Below are positions 50,275-63,824 of a DNA stretch of 64,000 nucleotides, piece after piece. Each line of letters starts with the position of its first letter. Within the stretch, counting starts at the first letter, position 1. The notes under the pieces are model-generated. The model searched no databases, was not told the DNA's origin, and was given only the letters and a program-made list of their open reading frames with translations. Origin of the DNA: Tubulanus polymorphus (taxonomy: Eukaryota > Animalia > Nemertea). The translations under genes and the position numbers were made by a program. The stretch lies in the NCBI RefSeq assembly GCF_964204645.1, contig NC_134029.1:7404850-7468849 (forward strand), in the 5' to 3' direction.

Positions 50275-52262
50275 ATTTAACCCGACTAAATGCGGACTTT
50301 TCTTGGTCTTGCCTCGATTTCTGAAGCTTAAGATGTTTTATTTCAATAAGAAATGTCTCTATTTAACATTGAAAAAAAAACCGACGACAGAACATTTAAC
50401 AGGGTAGTAAAAACTGTTGTACGCATGTATAACGATTGTTTCATTAATCGTTGCCACGTGCTCTAAGCCGGCATTTTCCCTGGCTATATAATCCCAGTCA
50501 TTTAAGCCTGCTCTCTCACACACGAAGACCATAAATTACTGGCGAATACTATGAAAAACCGAACAAAAAATACCACAATACGACGACGATGGGAGAGACA
50601 CCAGGTGAACGCGGTCACGTGGTATACATATATTACCATTGTAAAGTTGGTGATAAACCGGCGCTGATCCTTTTGGACAATAGAAATGAAACCTATCTGA
50701 CACGACATATTGAATCTCGTGGATTAGTTTTGCAATCTATGCCTCTCATTACAACAGTTATGATTTATAAGAACGATCACATATAACGAGGCATTGCCGG
50801 GGAGCTATAGTTTAATTTCTCATAAAAGTCGTCATTTTTTAGATCATATTTTTTCAATATTCGCAGCAGCGGCAGCGGCGGCAGCGGTAACCGGTGTAGG
50901 ACATAATGTTATTAATCATCGAACAATGACATTTAAGATTCGAGCAAACATCGATATCCGTTTACCACCGATTACAGTTGCAGACTGTACTTATTTTTGG
51001 GGTGTCAGTTTAAGCTGATAATGATATGTAGGATTAGCGTATTTCTTTTTAATCACCTTTTATGAAGCGCTGATTTTGTAATGACAATCAAACATGCATG
51101 CGAAATGTGTCAGTCTTACACACAGCCGTTGCACACAGTGGTTTTTAGAATGGTACCGTAGTTTTCTTTACCTATAATCAGGACCCGTTTGGGGGCATTC
51201 AGGGAGTCTCCCCTAATGGTACAGTCCCCGGCTTGGAGATCTCCTTTTCTCCATATATATTCATATATGCGCGTGTATATTATGTATGTGTTATGAGTGA
51301 GAATAAAGTATTCTTTTGAACGAAAGCAACCTTTCCGATCCTAGTCGTGTCCCAGACGAGTTGAGGTGCACTCCACCGAGCACCGAGCCCTCTCTTCTCA
51401 TGCTGTTTTATCGTTATTTAAGTATTATTTTACGAGAGGATTTTTTACTCCGCAATTCCCGCACGTACACTCATGGCTCAAACGTATCGAACGAATGATT
51501 AATATTTACAGGAATTCTAACGAGGATATACGTCTATTTCGATGCAGATTAGAACAACGCTTTTCAATCAGAAACTTATCATTACGCCTACGAATTACAA
51601 TCGATGGAAAATTGTTCAGAATTTGTTTAAAAAAAACAATCAACTAGGCCTACGTTATACGCGAACAGATTTCGAATAGAATATAACAAAGAAAGCTAAC
51701 CACAGTCATCTCAAATACAAACGTGGTATTTTTAATTTCGTGATTTTCAATGATAATTCATCGTGTCCAGCCGAACGGTTTTTGATATTTCGCCGCGCCC
51801 TGCTGGGCAGACGATTTCTAATACCATTTCCTCCACGGCACGCGTCATAATTTCTACATCTGTCGAGTCTTCGATTCGATTGAATTCACAGCGGGAATGA
51901 ATCTTTTTTTTCTAGCCCTGAACGCAGGAGACAGCATAATAGCGATTGTCGCTAATGAATCTTCTTGTTTTCGGCGTTTTTCCACAATCACTGATTATCT
52001 GTGAAGTCACGCTAGCACTCACATCAACGCGCCTGCCGTGTCACAACAGATTGCAGTATAAACCCCTTTTTATTCAGCGCAATCTGCCCATCGATTAGTT
52101 TCAATCGAAGAATTAAAACATCACCTAATCAAATTGAATACTATACAAGTGTCCGACCTTCTGAGTCAAAGTAGCACGAAATCTATAACTTTATCAACTT
52201 TCATAGAACTCGGGTTTGTCACGGTGGAAGACCTATTTGCACTGGAGACATTGGAATGGTTT

Positions 52263-52416
52263 ATTTTTTTATTTCCAGGGCCTCGGCTTGACAATCACTT
52301 AATGATTTCCGAGGTCCTGATGATTGTCATGCATTATACGTATAAATTTTGTAACAACTATGTATTTATATTTGTACCATGATTATCATCAAATAAATCA
52401 AATCAAATCAAATCAA
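52263..52416 (+). mobile_element. 5'-truncated non-LTR retroelement 3' end with long target duplication
   Basis: Stem-loop ggcctcgg...ccgaggtcc, then AATAAA + (ATCAA)n tail; flanked by a 28-bp direct repeat atttgcactggagacat.ggaa.ggttt at 52235-52262 and 52417-52444 (2 mismatches). Confidence 0.7.
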
Positions 52417-55400
52417 ATTTGCACTGGAGACATGGGAAAGGTTTTCAAATCAAGAAATCTAATTACCGTTTTCGACTTGAATATGGAACTAGCCCCCTAG
52501 AACACACGTTTTTCGCCATGAAAAACTTTCAAACAAGGTCGCATGCCGTAAATAGTCGATTTCAGAAACATCAACGTTGATTAGGAACACTGGGGGAAAT
52601 TGTCCATTCTCTGAAGGCCTATATCATCCACAGTGGAACGGTGGTATACCCTTTCGATTCTGATAATTGAAAATAAACTCTTCAACTTTTAAATTGCTTA
52701 TTCCATGGAACAGATATCAAGCCGGGGTACGCGTTCATCTCACCACTTCTCCCAGTCCCTCGAGCGAAACATTTACTTCTTTCCTTTATCTCCAATACAC
52801 CTCTCTCCGTCTGTAATTCCGAACGAAAACGATCAATTTGCTTTAATTACTTTATACACGTTGCCCGTGAAATTGATTTTTACGCCGAACGAATTAACGT
52901 CGAAACGACGTAGACGATTTGATAAAAACGACAAATGTACAATTAATTCGCGACCGAAACGCAAATAATGAACAATCATCTGAAATCAGTCGCATCAAAT
53001 TCACACCGAGGCTCTTTCATAGTCGATTCGCGAAGAATAGATAACAGAGGAGACTTTGACGTCATTATTTCGCCATGTATCTGCCGAAATCTTGTAACCT
53101 GTCAGTCGTCGGTGTCAGCAGTTGACGACACCGCGTGACAAATAACGCGCGTCTGCAATCGATTAAAATCGTTACAGCCGCCGCGTCAAATGACGCACAA
53201 TGGCTGACAAATGACTGACCAATGGCGGAAATTCAATTAGTACCGGAGATTTGAGCGAGTTAACTCTCAGTGCAGAGGCCGTTGTTAACTTCATTCGCCT
53301 GACAAACTGATTCTGATTCGTTCAGTAAATGATGCAGGTGCCGGTTAAACTCTCTTCTTCGTGCTCTGCGAATAGAAAAAGTTCACTTGCCAAAACTTTA
53401 GAAGTAATCGGATTGGCGTTGATCAAAATATGTCACTATCTAGTGCTGTATATGAGTATGGAGACTTTTATCGCACAAAAAGCGCTGTTTAATCGTACTC
53501 CATCTTAGAAAGGAAGCTTTTCGTTAAAACGAACCCCTCCCCCACCCAATAAACGTTGAGCAATGTATACAACATTGCTAACGATTCGAACGTCCAACTG
53601 CCTTCGGGCAACTTTCGGATTTGGACTAGGACGGCGATGGTCAACAAAGATGATATGACCAAAGCGACGAGAAATGGCACTGAGCCAGGGACGACTTTAT
53701 AGAAGTATCTACCTTTGAAAATTCTTTTACGAACCACACGTGGAGATAAGTACATTAGTCTGTCGGGTGTGTAGGGGGAATAAATAGAAACACTCGCTCT
53801 CAACTCGAGTGTCTCAAAGCGATGTGTTTTTTTCTCGTCAATTCCACGCGGGATTTCATCACCGAGAGACTTAGCGGCATTGCCTGCAATCTCCATCGCA
53901 AATCACATCAAATTGCGAGGATCTAACGCATCAGAGAAGAGTCGCCGGCTAATTCAATCAAACATATCCATATGAATTACCTCCGTAATTGGTTTAAGCG
54001 CCAAATCAGAGGAAATGGCATAATTGAGAACGAATTTGCCATCCAGCCACTTTTAATTTCATTGCCAGCGTAACTTACATTCGATCGACAACTTGTGAGT
54101 AGGATTCCCTGCATCCGAAACCTGATCACGTGTCACAAGTTAATGTTCACCGGCCTCTGGACTGGCTGGCGAAATTTACTTCAATCTTTTATGATGTCAA
54201 CCTTTCGTGAATCAAACAACTGAATTCAATTTGTATTACCCCGATGTCGCGGATACTTTAATAGAGACGCCGGTCCTAAGCCGTTCTCGACTGCCGACAT
54301 CATCCGGGGATTTACTTTGCCGTTTGGTCGTGAAACGGTTGAATTTTATTAGTTTGATGGCTAGCGTTATCCTGAGGCGCTGCACAGTTCATTTCGTCGG
54401 AATAGCAATCAGTAGACTGCGAACCGACAAATCGACACTTCTTGGCTTTTATCATTTGCATTTAGAGCCAGGAGATTTAGCGGCTAATGTTGTTTCCTGT
54501 TACGCTGGGGCGGTTTATGTCCGATGAAATGAACGTTAACTTTCATGTGTTACTTTCACGATAGAAATGGGTCTACATTAAGCATAAGCTTTTGATTTTT
54601 GTCACCCTACTGTGCACCGACAAATCGACTATCCCTCGCGGGCTTTCGAATCTGGTGGTGGATGAGAAGACTGGCAGCGAACAGACAGCAATTTTTGAAA
54701 AAACAATTTTTGATGATGCCTTAAGCCCATCAACTTAAGGTTGAAAACTTGAGAAGGAAACTTTTGTCAAGGCAATCTTCTATTGGCGTAATTATGTATG
54801 AAGACCATAAACTTTGAGTTGAAAACTTTTTTGTCTCCTGGCCATAGTCAGTTGGCATAAGTTTTCAACCTCATATCAGAATTAATTTTTTGAACAGGAG
54901 TTAAAGCAAATTCGTCTGACATCGGTCGATCATTTATCATATTTTCCGATTTCATCTACACGTAATAAAATGAATAATGGATAATGTGAAGTGATGGGGT
55001 TTTAATGAATTGCACTATGCTTTTCAGCGTTTCATCTCGTAACTGCTGATCGCATTTGGTCGACACTGATTTGATCAACTCGCGCGGCGCCGCAGGGATC
55101 GATTTAGCATCAATAATCAAATCTGTCCGGTAATCAGTTTGCTAGGTCCCGGCGGTCATTGTCGATTGTTTATCAATAGCACACTGTGTCATGAACTAAC
55201 TCAATTCTACTTCGGGCCCTCCTTCAGTTGCTTCATCGACGGTTCACTCTTGATGTGTCAAGTTGAATTTGCTCGAATTTACGATGGTTTTGATGCTGCG
55301 ATGTGTTTCCCTCGATATTCAACGCGAATTCGATAGTCGTCAACTTGATCCATTCATTATCAGAAAAGTATCGATATACGTTGCCGGGCTTTGAAACACC

Positions 55401-57060
55401 AACCATCCAGAATGTTGGACCCTTCCGGATTATGATTAGGCATTGAGATGAATCTGAATAACTTATAGAAATGCATTCATTCGTTAATAAAATCTCCATT
55501 TAAAACATTTCTTCTATTTCTACTATTTTCCATCTTTTCTATTGATATGATATACTGTATATACCCTCCGTTCATTCATCCATACTAAGTTTCATCTCCC
55601 CATCCCATCGGTCAGCAGTCCTTGTAAGGCGCAGTAGCTTAAAAATGATATAGTGCTGAGCGGTACTTCACTCCCATACATCCTTCTCACCTTGCCATTC
55701 GCTCATCTCCAAACGCTTAAATAAATTGTTGCTCAGTAATTCCAAATTCTCGAATGATCATCATTTTGGACATTCATTAGGACATTTTGGATATCATTCT
55801 CTGAGCTAGTTCACTAGATATCAATTGGCGGAGATCCCAGTATCAAATTACCGAAGCAAAGACTCGCGTTCGATTAAACATTAAATCTCGTCTTAACATT
55901 TGCCATTTTAGGTGGAATTGAATTGCTTTGATGTAACAGACGTCAAAATTTTCAAATCGCAGAAGAAGTTATTCGCGTCTTGTCTAAAACTTTTGATTGC
56001 CAATTTGATGTATAATGCAATCTGGTGTATTGTCGTGTTTGATAACGGATTAGATCGACGTGCGGTCTACAAGCCGGTAATGTTCTTAACATCTTTGTTC
56101 CTGACAGCTAGATATGATAGCGACAAAATGAGATTTGATGTCGCAGCTAATAACTGGGCAAGCGTATCTCAAACATAATTGAAAGTCATAAATTCCTGCA
56201 GCGAAACAAGCAGACGGGACGTTCGCTACATCAGACGACATGGCGATATTTCCTAATTGGAGCGTGCATCTGTTCGGGACGGCTGCTATAAGTGATGGTT
56301 ATAATAAAAGGTCCGATCGAGTCTTGACTTGACAGACAATTTCTCGACCTCGGTCGGGGGTCCGCTAGAAGGTACAGGTCTCGTGTCCTCTATAACCGAA
56401 CACCGCGTTGGCTTTACCTCGCTGACGTGTTCGCGACACGTTACAGCCCCCTGTGGTTTCATCAAATGCGAAAAAAAAGATCATAATCCATACTTAGAAC
56501 GAACGAATGAATTGTAACCGTGCATACTATATCAACTCAGCAAGTTACAAGTGTGATCTTTGAAATTATTATTCTGGTATATCTGTTGCAAGGTAAAATA
56601 CAAAAAAGGTAAAATACATAAAATGATGGGTCAAAATTCATAAATAGAGTTTCATTATCAGCGGAAATGGCCCCATCAGTTTTGATAGGCTACGTATTTT
56701 CGGTTGATATGCTGTTTAAACTATATGTCAGCCGTCGCTCAAAATGTTCATCATATCAACATCTATCATAGTACGGTTTGCCATGAATTATCACCTGGGT
56801 GATGTTGTTTTTGATTGGTTGAATATCGGCATTCCCTGGTGACCAGACCGTTTTGATCCGGCGGCCATTCTTCATGATCAACTGTCTACGGATTTAGCGC
56901 ATCTAATAATTTTCGTCGTTGTTTTGGTATGATTGATGATTGAAATATATGCGGTACTTTTCAACCTAAAACAACACTAAAAGAGATGGGATGAACTTAC
57001 AGTTTACTCGAAGAAAAGTTAAGTGGGAAAATAAAACAGTGGATATGCAGACGAGTTACT

Positions 57061-57170
57061 CAGTTTCAGTTTCAGTTTAGTTTATTACTCCACAATGTTA
57101 TGCTACCATCGCACAGAGCACAATTACTTGAATTACAGTAAAGTACAGTGAAGCGGAGTGGTCATATCGA
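57061..57170 (-). mobile_element. Probable LINE/SINE 3' tail remnant
   Basis: Minus strand ends in AATAAAC-TAAAC-(TGAAAC)n, a short-repeat tail after a poly(A)-signal-like motif. Confidence 0.4.
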
Positions 57171-57185
57171 AATCTAACCTGTAAT

Positions 57186-57228
57186 CATGGACGTATAAAC
57201 TAGATATAATCTAGTGTATACGTCCATG
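57186..57228. mobile_element. 43-bp palindromic mini-element (collapsed MITE, P-element-like ends)
   Basis: catggacgtataaactagat-ata-atctagtgtatacgtccatg: 20-bp arms with one mismatch; flanks ctgtaat / ctctaat (7-bp TSD-like, 1 mismatch). Confidence 0.6.
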
Positions 57229-57571
57229 CTCTAATAGAATAAACGGGAACAATACGACAGTCATTTATGGTGTGATATCATTAAGTGAATGATTGGATAC
57301 CTTTTTTGATGAATATCGCCAGATTGAGTCAAGATTTACCTCTCGAACGGAACAAATTATGTTAGGCTATTTTCATCGGGATGTCGCCAGAAATATCTAG
57401 AGGTATGAATTTGCTTCCCAGGCTTTGAAAAAAGGGACAAAGAAAATTGAATTCGTCCTCAGTTGCTGCCAGTTTTTTTTTTACCAATTCTATGGTTACG
57501 CTCGATCTGGCGAGTAGTTGTATTCAGTTCCTATACTCTTTGGACTAACTTTGGTATCGATAATGACAATA

Positions 57572-57748
57572 CATTCAAAACCCGTTATAACGCCATCCTT
57601 TTTCATGCCACTGTTGAGACTTAACTCCAACATTTTTAGAGTACAAATTTGCTGAATCTAATTCGAATTCAAAGATAACCCATTCTTTGAAGCACTTAAT
57701 CCTTTATAACGCCGTGTTTCCCAGCGGAATTATAACGGATGTTTGGTG
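57572..57748. mobile_element. Degenerate Tc1/mariner-pogo-type MITE
   Basis: TA-cattcaaaacccgttataa ... ttataacggatgtttggtg-TA; internal ttataacgcc repeat. Confidence 0.5.
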
Positions 57749-60700
57749 TAATACGTACTTATCAAAGAATTAATTGATGATATATTTGAGAGATAGTTAC
57801 ACAACACAATACTGATAGTAAAATAAGATGAATTTATATATATTTCAGCAGATGATTGAAAACCAATGCCTCATCTTCCCTTCGTACTTAGAGTCCAGCG
57901 ACGTTCTTGAACGTTTACCTTGGACACTGGTGCAAGGTCGGTGGAGAAGAGACGATTTTGACGTGATTCACGGTGACTCAGTTCACGCATAATCTCGCTA
58001 GATACACGAGCATCAAGTCATCATGTCAACCGAGACAGGCGGGGCAAACATGATTGTCAGGCACAAGCCGCAGCACTTAACCTCTGCAAAAATTCCAGCA
58101 CAAATTCATTTGCGTTTTTTAAGAACCTGTGTTCCTCGAAACAAGTCCGGTGATCTGACGGCTTTCGGTTGTTATCGACGGGACCACAAGGTTATAGCAA
58201 AAAGCTCAGATAATTCCTCGTCTGGTTGACTGATCATCCTCCCAGATAAAACTGCCAGTCAAATCAGGACGTCACTGACACCGACAACGAACAAGGCTTA
58301 AAATTCTAATTATGTCTGCGTTTTCGAATTCCACATTTCATCCCGTGATTTGTCACGGATATATATACAAAACTTGCCTTATACAAGTATATATATATTA
58401 ATGAGCTGTCTGTTTTCGTTATCCGTTCAGCAGACGTCTGGGGCAGAAGATCAGCACGACCTCATCCCGATCGACAGTCAATCAATCTATCTATTATCGA
58501 TACAGGGTTATATCTATATTATGGGAGATCTGAACAAAAATCACTGGCTTCATAAACAGATCGATGTTTAGCCAAAAAATATCAAAAATAATACCGTACC
58601 CAAGAAATAATTCTAAAACCATTTCAACTGTATTGAAAATACGTATTCACTCAAAATCAAAACTTCCCACAATTCGCACCACCTGATATGGCATTACGTG
58701 AGTAACGGGTCTCATGTTGGTTTTACCAGTTCTATAGTTACCTGGTCGTCTGGCCGTGGATTTCGCGAAGGAATTTTCTTTTTTGCGTTTCTCTTCGGGT
58801 CATTTAACATATTTCCTCGATATGCATTAATTATTAACCCTTTTTGTTTTTTGTCAACCCGTTAGGCAAATTAGTTACCTATACGTATAAAACCAATCGT
58901 TGAGAGTCCCCGGTGCAATCAAAGATAGGGAGAGTTGATCTCGCGCGCGAAGAACCGCTGCAGCGATGGAACTATTTCAAGATCCAATTTCTCTGATCTG
59001 CAGAATGTTTCTCATAAGGGTTTTACTATCTGGCAATTCAACTCGAATTTTGGACCAATTCTCAACTCTTGAACTGGGTCCGGAGTCTGAGCGATCTTCA
59101 TCGACAGAATATTTGCCATGTTCCAAATAGTCGTATGTATCTCGATTAGCCGGTAATCAGTTCGCTTAGCGTTTCGGTTCGGCATTTCTAAAAGAAGTAG
59201 GCCAACACAAAATTCAAATTCATTTTATTCATCATAAATCAAAAGTACAAGATTGTAAATAAAGAATGAACAATAAAACAATACAGGGAAAAGAGAACAA
59301 TATAATATCCATACAAACAATACTCTTTACAAGTCCATGATATTATGTAAATGTCGCGATATTTTAGAAAATTGGTTTTGTTAGGTCAATGAAGGCCGAA
59401 TGAAAAGTATATAGGTTTAAATTTACTATATTATATTCAATTCTGAGGTTATCTTGAAGTTTACAGTACAGAAGAGTTTTTTCGTCGACCCAGAAATCAG
59501 AATCTGTCGCCGTATTAGATATGGTGGAATCAATAGTAAAATATCGGAGCCACGAGATAATTATAAATGACTCACAGAATCTAATATATCCACGCGTGGT
59601 TTATTAGAAATCATCTCGCGTGAAGACAAAGCGGCCATCTTTTTAACTATCTGCCGTATCACCTGCGGCCGCGGATTATGGTTAAGTGCCAATTAGGATG
59701 AGATCTGATGATATTATTAATTCAATGAAATGAGATGATGAACTAGCATTTTTGATATCGGGCGTATTCGCCAGGTCGATTGTAACCGAAATGTACATGT
59801 CAAAGCATTTCGAATCTTTTAAGCGATATCATTACGATGCTTTAGTGTTCGGCTGATCTTGACAAGTTATTGTCATACATTGATGGATTGCATTTTCAAA
59901 TTTTGCACCTGTATGCGCAGGGCCGTTTATTTTATTCCTGATCTTTTTGCTATATGATTTTAATAAACAATTGCGGCAGGAAATGGAAATAATCCCGCCA
60001 CAAATCGAGCGTTATCGATTCTTCGCACGCATCGCGTTTTACCCAATTTTAGAAATGCACCCATCGACAAAAGAAAGCGCCTTGTAAACAAAGCGCACGC
60101 TAGTACGCGCACGGGAACACCTGCCTCGGCGCAGACGAGAGGAGAGTGAGAGAGAGCTACTCTGCACGTTATTCCATTTTCGCAGAGCCTTTGATTCGGA
60201 ATCCGTATAACAGCATCGCCGTCATGTGATTCCGGAGATGAGTGTATATCGTTTAAATTCATGAGTATCGCTCTAATGCAATAAAGCAATAAACCTACGT
60301 TTGGTGAATTATCGCCCCTGATCTCCCGTGACTAGAGGTAATCTAATTCATAGCGGCCACTTGCAACTGTTAGACACCATTTCCTTCGACAATTTCTACA
60401 GTTAATACTGTCCTACGAGAGCAAGCATCTACCAACGCAATCTATAATGCAATTTGTCTTCTTATGCGTTCCATCCGGACTATACGGGATGGCATATAGA
60501 AGTCCCAAGGTATCAGCCCATTTGATTATATGTTAACACAAGTCATATCGGCATTTCTGGAATAATTCACGGCGACTAATGCGTGACATTTGCATCTTCT
60601 ATACACTTAATGTGTTGGGAATTTCGATAATAGAAGTCCTTTTGATATGAGCGAAAGTTTGACTAGAGTTTCTCATTGCTTCCAACCATACTGCGTCTCT

Positions 60701-63700
60701 CGAATTAATGAATGCACTGGAGCCCAATTTAGGAATTGAGAGTGTGTCATTCCGAAGAGCTTGATGATCTAAAGTGATGTTTTTATGTTACTTTTACTTC
60801 CCACGAAATGAAAAAAAAAAACTATCAGAAAATTAATAAAACATTGTACAGTTGCTAGCCGCCTTTTTGTTAGGGTACATTTGTGCTGTATTTAGAATTT
60901 TTTCTAAAACTGTTTATGATGCGCGTTTTATCATATTATCATATTTCATTGGTACATAGATTGGTTTTGACAGTTTTAGTGAAATTCAAACCATGTGAAT
61001 CTCAAGTTTTCAGTGATGTTGAATTCAAATTTGCAACAATGCGACATGAGAGCGATATAAAAACCTGTTGCCAATTTTTGCCACGCGTAAAAATCCAGGG
61101 TACTCAACTTCGAAATTCATTAAAATGACCCATTAATGCTGGCCAAAAGTACCTCACAAAATGACAACTAGCAACTGTAAAATGGTTTATTGAAAAATAG
61201 CACCCCTCTTCCATCCTGGAAAATTGCTGTCAAGAAGTGATCCAGAGTCGTTTTTTATCGGTTACTTTTGTATGAAATTCAACTGTATTGGGCGAGCTTT
61301 ACGCCAGACATTCAAATTCCACACTCTCACTTTCCTGTTCCGATTTTCTTCTCTAATTGAATCAGCCACAATAACGACGTGATTGAGGCCGATACGCTTT
61401 TTGCGGTATAATCATCGGTTTCTCGTTGCGCATGCGCGCTCACCGCTCGGGAGGTAGTTTTGATGGATTAAAACCTTGCTTAACTAAATCCTTCTGTAAC
61501 AATTGATGGAAGAGGCCTCAGAGACGGACGCCATTTAATTATAGCAAACAACAATCGCTAACGTTCATTTGCGAGATTGTTTCGATCTTGCGCTCAGCGA
61601 TACAACACTTCTTAGAACTAGTCTCCAGCGTCAATTGTTTCACCGCTTATATTGAACGGTGAAATGTTCAATTTCGACGATGAAACATTTTGTACGGGTC
61701 AAATGTCAATACCGCAGTGAATTTTGATCAGATTTTATGAAATCACCGTCTTTTGTTTCGGCATTTGCCCGAGTATTTAATTTCTAAATGGAGCCGCGCG
61801 TTTTCAAGATGATTTTCAAGGCTGTAAATTGCTGCACTTTTATCTAGATTGAGTTAATCCATTCGGGACCTTATTTCATCGCACGTCGACCGGACCTAAA
61901 GATATTAGTTGTTTTATTTAATCAAATGAAATTATTTCGTTTATTCGATTGGTTTTTGTAAAAATTCGACGAAATTCACAAGATTGGATATTTTCCAATC
62001 GAAAAAAAAATCGAAATTGCGAAGTAAGTTTTCTTCGGTATTCAAACGGCAAAATTCTTTTCGTTTCGTATTCGTCCCGATAGACCACCAACATATTACA
62101 TCGATTCTGATTGATAAACGCGATGGACGAGAAATGCTAGCAAAATCTGGGTTTAAATACGATTCGGTCGTTGGTATTATTCCGGCGGAATAAATTGTCG
62201 ATGGAACAATTTGCGGCCATCCATAAAACCTGCAGTCGCAGAAAAGCGACGACGGCGTCACAAAAGGCAAACGTCGGCGATTTGTAAGGCGCGGATTAAA
62301 ACATCAACCGGTGATTATTCGTCGCTAATCCTAGCGATATTGTGCCGTAATGCCGGGATAATTCGTCGCTGAAATTTAATTAAATCCGCAAAACGTGAAT
62401 GCCAAGCAGAGATCAGACAAACAAAAGACGCGACATCGACGCGAAATCAAGCCGCATATAGCAGTAGTACAGTCGACAATGAAACCAGACTGGGTCTGGC
62501 GTCATGGCTCCGTCAACGGGGATCAAGATTATCCTGGTCGCTCAGGACATTCAAATATATACGAATATTCTCTCAAGATTGCCCTCGAAGTCATCTTCGA
62601 AATTAAATGATCTAATTTCTAATTCTTGTTCATGTAACAGAGGTCTGAGCTCCTGGGTCTAAACTGTTTCGTTGGAAAGGGTATCATTTCTCAAATAATC
62701 TTTTACATTAGACTTGCATGTTTCAATACATGAAAATGAATACACACCATTAAAAGATAGATAGATATTCCAACGCCTGTAAAGGAAAGAATTTAGAGAA
62801 TTGAGAAAGAAAGACGCGCTGAGTTTGCGTCCTTTGATCGCATCCTCCACCGGAAAGTCGTGGCTTCATTCATGACAACGTTCTTCAAACCATAATATTT
62901 AAAAAGAAACTGAATGAACCGCATTCATTTTCCCCAAAGCTGTTGCGTTATGTAATATCGTTTAACTTGCATATCGCACATGCATTCGAAAACGTTATTC
63001 TGAATAAATCAATTTAAAGTGCGAATCAACAGCTTTTGTTGAATGATTACTGCAGTTACTGTTCTATAATTTGTCAGTTGTGCATGCGTGACACCGTGTC
63101 GGCGGTTCGGTTGTCAAAGCAAGCAAATTTCAAAACGTGAAGCTTATTTCATTAAGTGCTGAACACGAAACGCATTCGGAGACTATTTGTTCCGGCAACC
63201 GCTGTGAAAATTATAACTTATATAAGCCGCCACGACCGTATGAATAGGAATTAGCAAATTATAATCTCGACATAGCGATGATATTTACCGAGAAGACGCG
63301 TGCACCTGTTGTCGAGAGTAAGTCGCGTGCAACCGGGCGAGTTCTTTCCATGGTAACGCTGAGAACAAGCGCATCTGCCCGGGGACCACGATAATTGCAC
63401 TTCCGTGGTAACGTTTCATTGCGTCGACATATTTCGAACCAACTATTGATTCGCGTGTTGCCAAAATGTAAACATTGCGGACTGGAAACGTTTGTTGTTT
63501 TATGTTAGTAAGGAATGAAATTAGTTTCTGAACACAGGAGCCGACTTGTTGCGTCTCGAATGATGTGCGTGATTGGCTCGTCACGCCAGATGACGCGGTA
63601 ATGTTAGTCACATGATCGACGCTCGACGACGTGACTGGGCGCAGACGAGATCGTGGTGGTCACAGGTGCACGTGATTGATGCATATTGATGAATCGATTC

Positions 63701-63824
63701 GAGGACAGTCGATAAATTAATACATTTAATGAAGTTGAATTCGAAACTAATAAAATCAAATGATAATTTTTCATTTGCACGCTGAGGCTGGAACGTTTGC
63801 GATTGGAAACAAAAACAAAGACAT

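Noticed and set aside
50864-50888. Poly-alanine-encoding GCA/GCG run suggestive of a transcription-factor exon
   Set aside because: Embedded ORF is short, lacks an ATG and any domain, with no convincing splice context; probably a simple repeat in non-coding DNA.
53115-53124. TCAGCAGTTG resembling the start of the lophotrochozoan miRNA miR-1992
   Set aside because: Only the first ~10 nt match as recalled, and they fall largely in the hairpin loop; precursor geometry is wrong.
1791-59720. Other CTGANGA occurrences (e.g. ~1792, 7729, 19231, 26984, 31251, 34797, 44258, 59706) as additional hammerheads
   Set aside because: None has a stem II followed by GAAA and an NUH with a pairing stem I.
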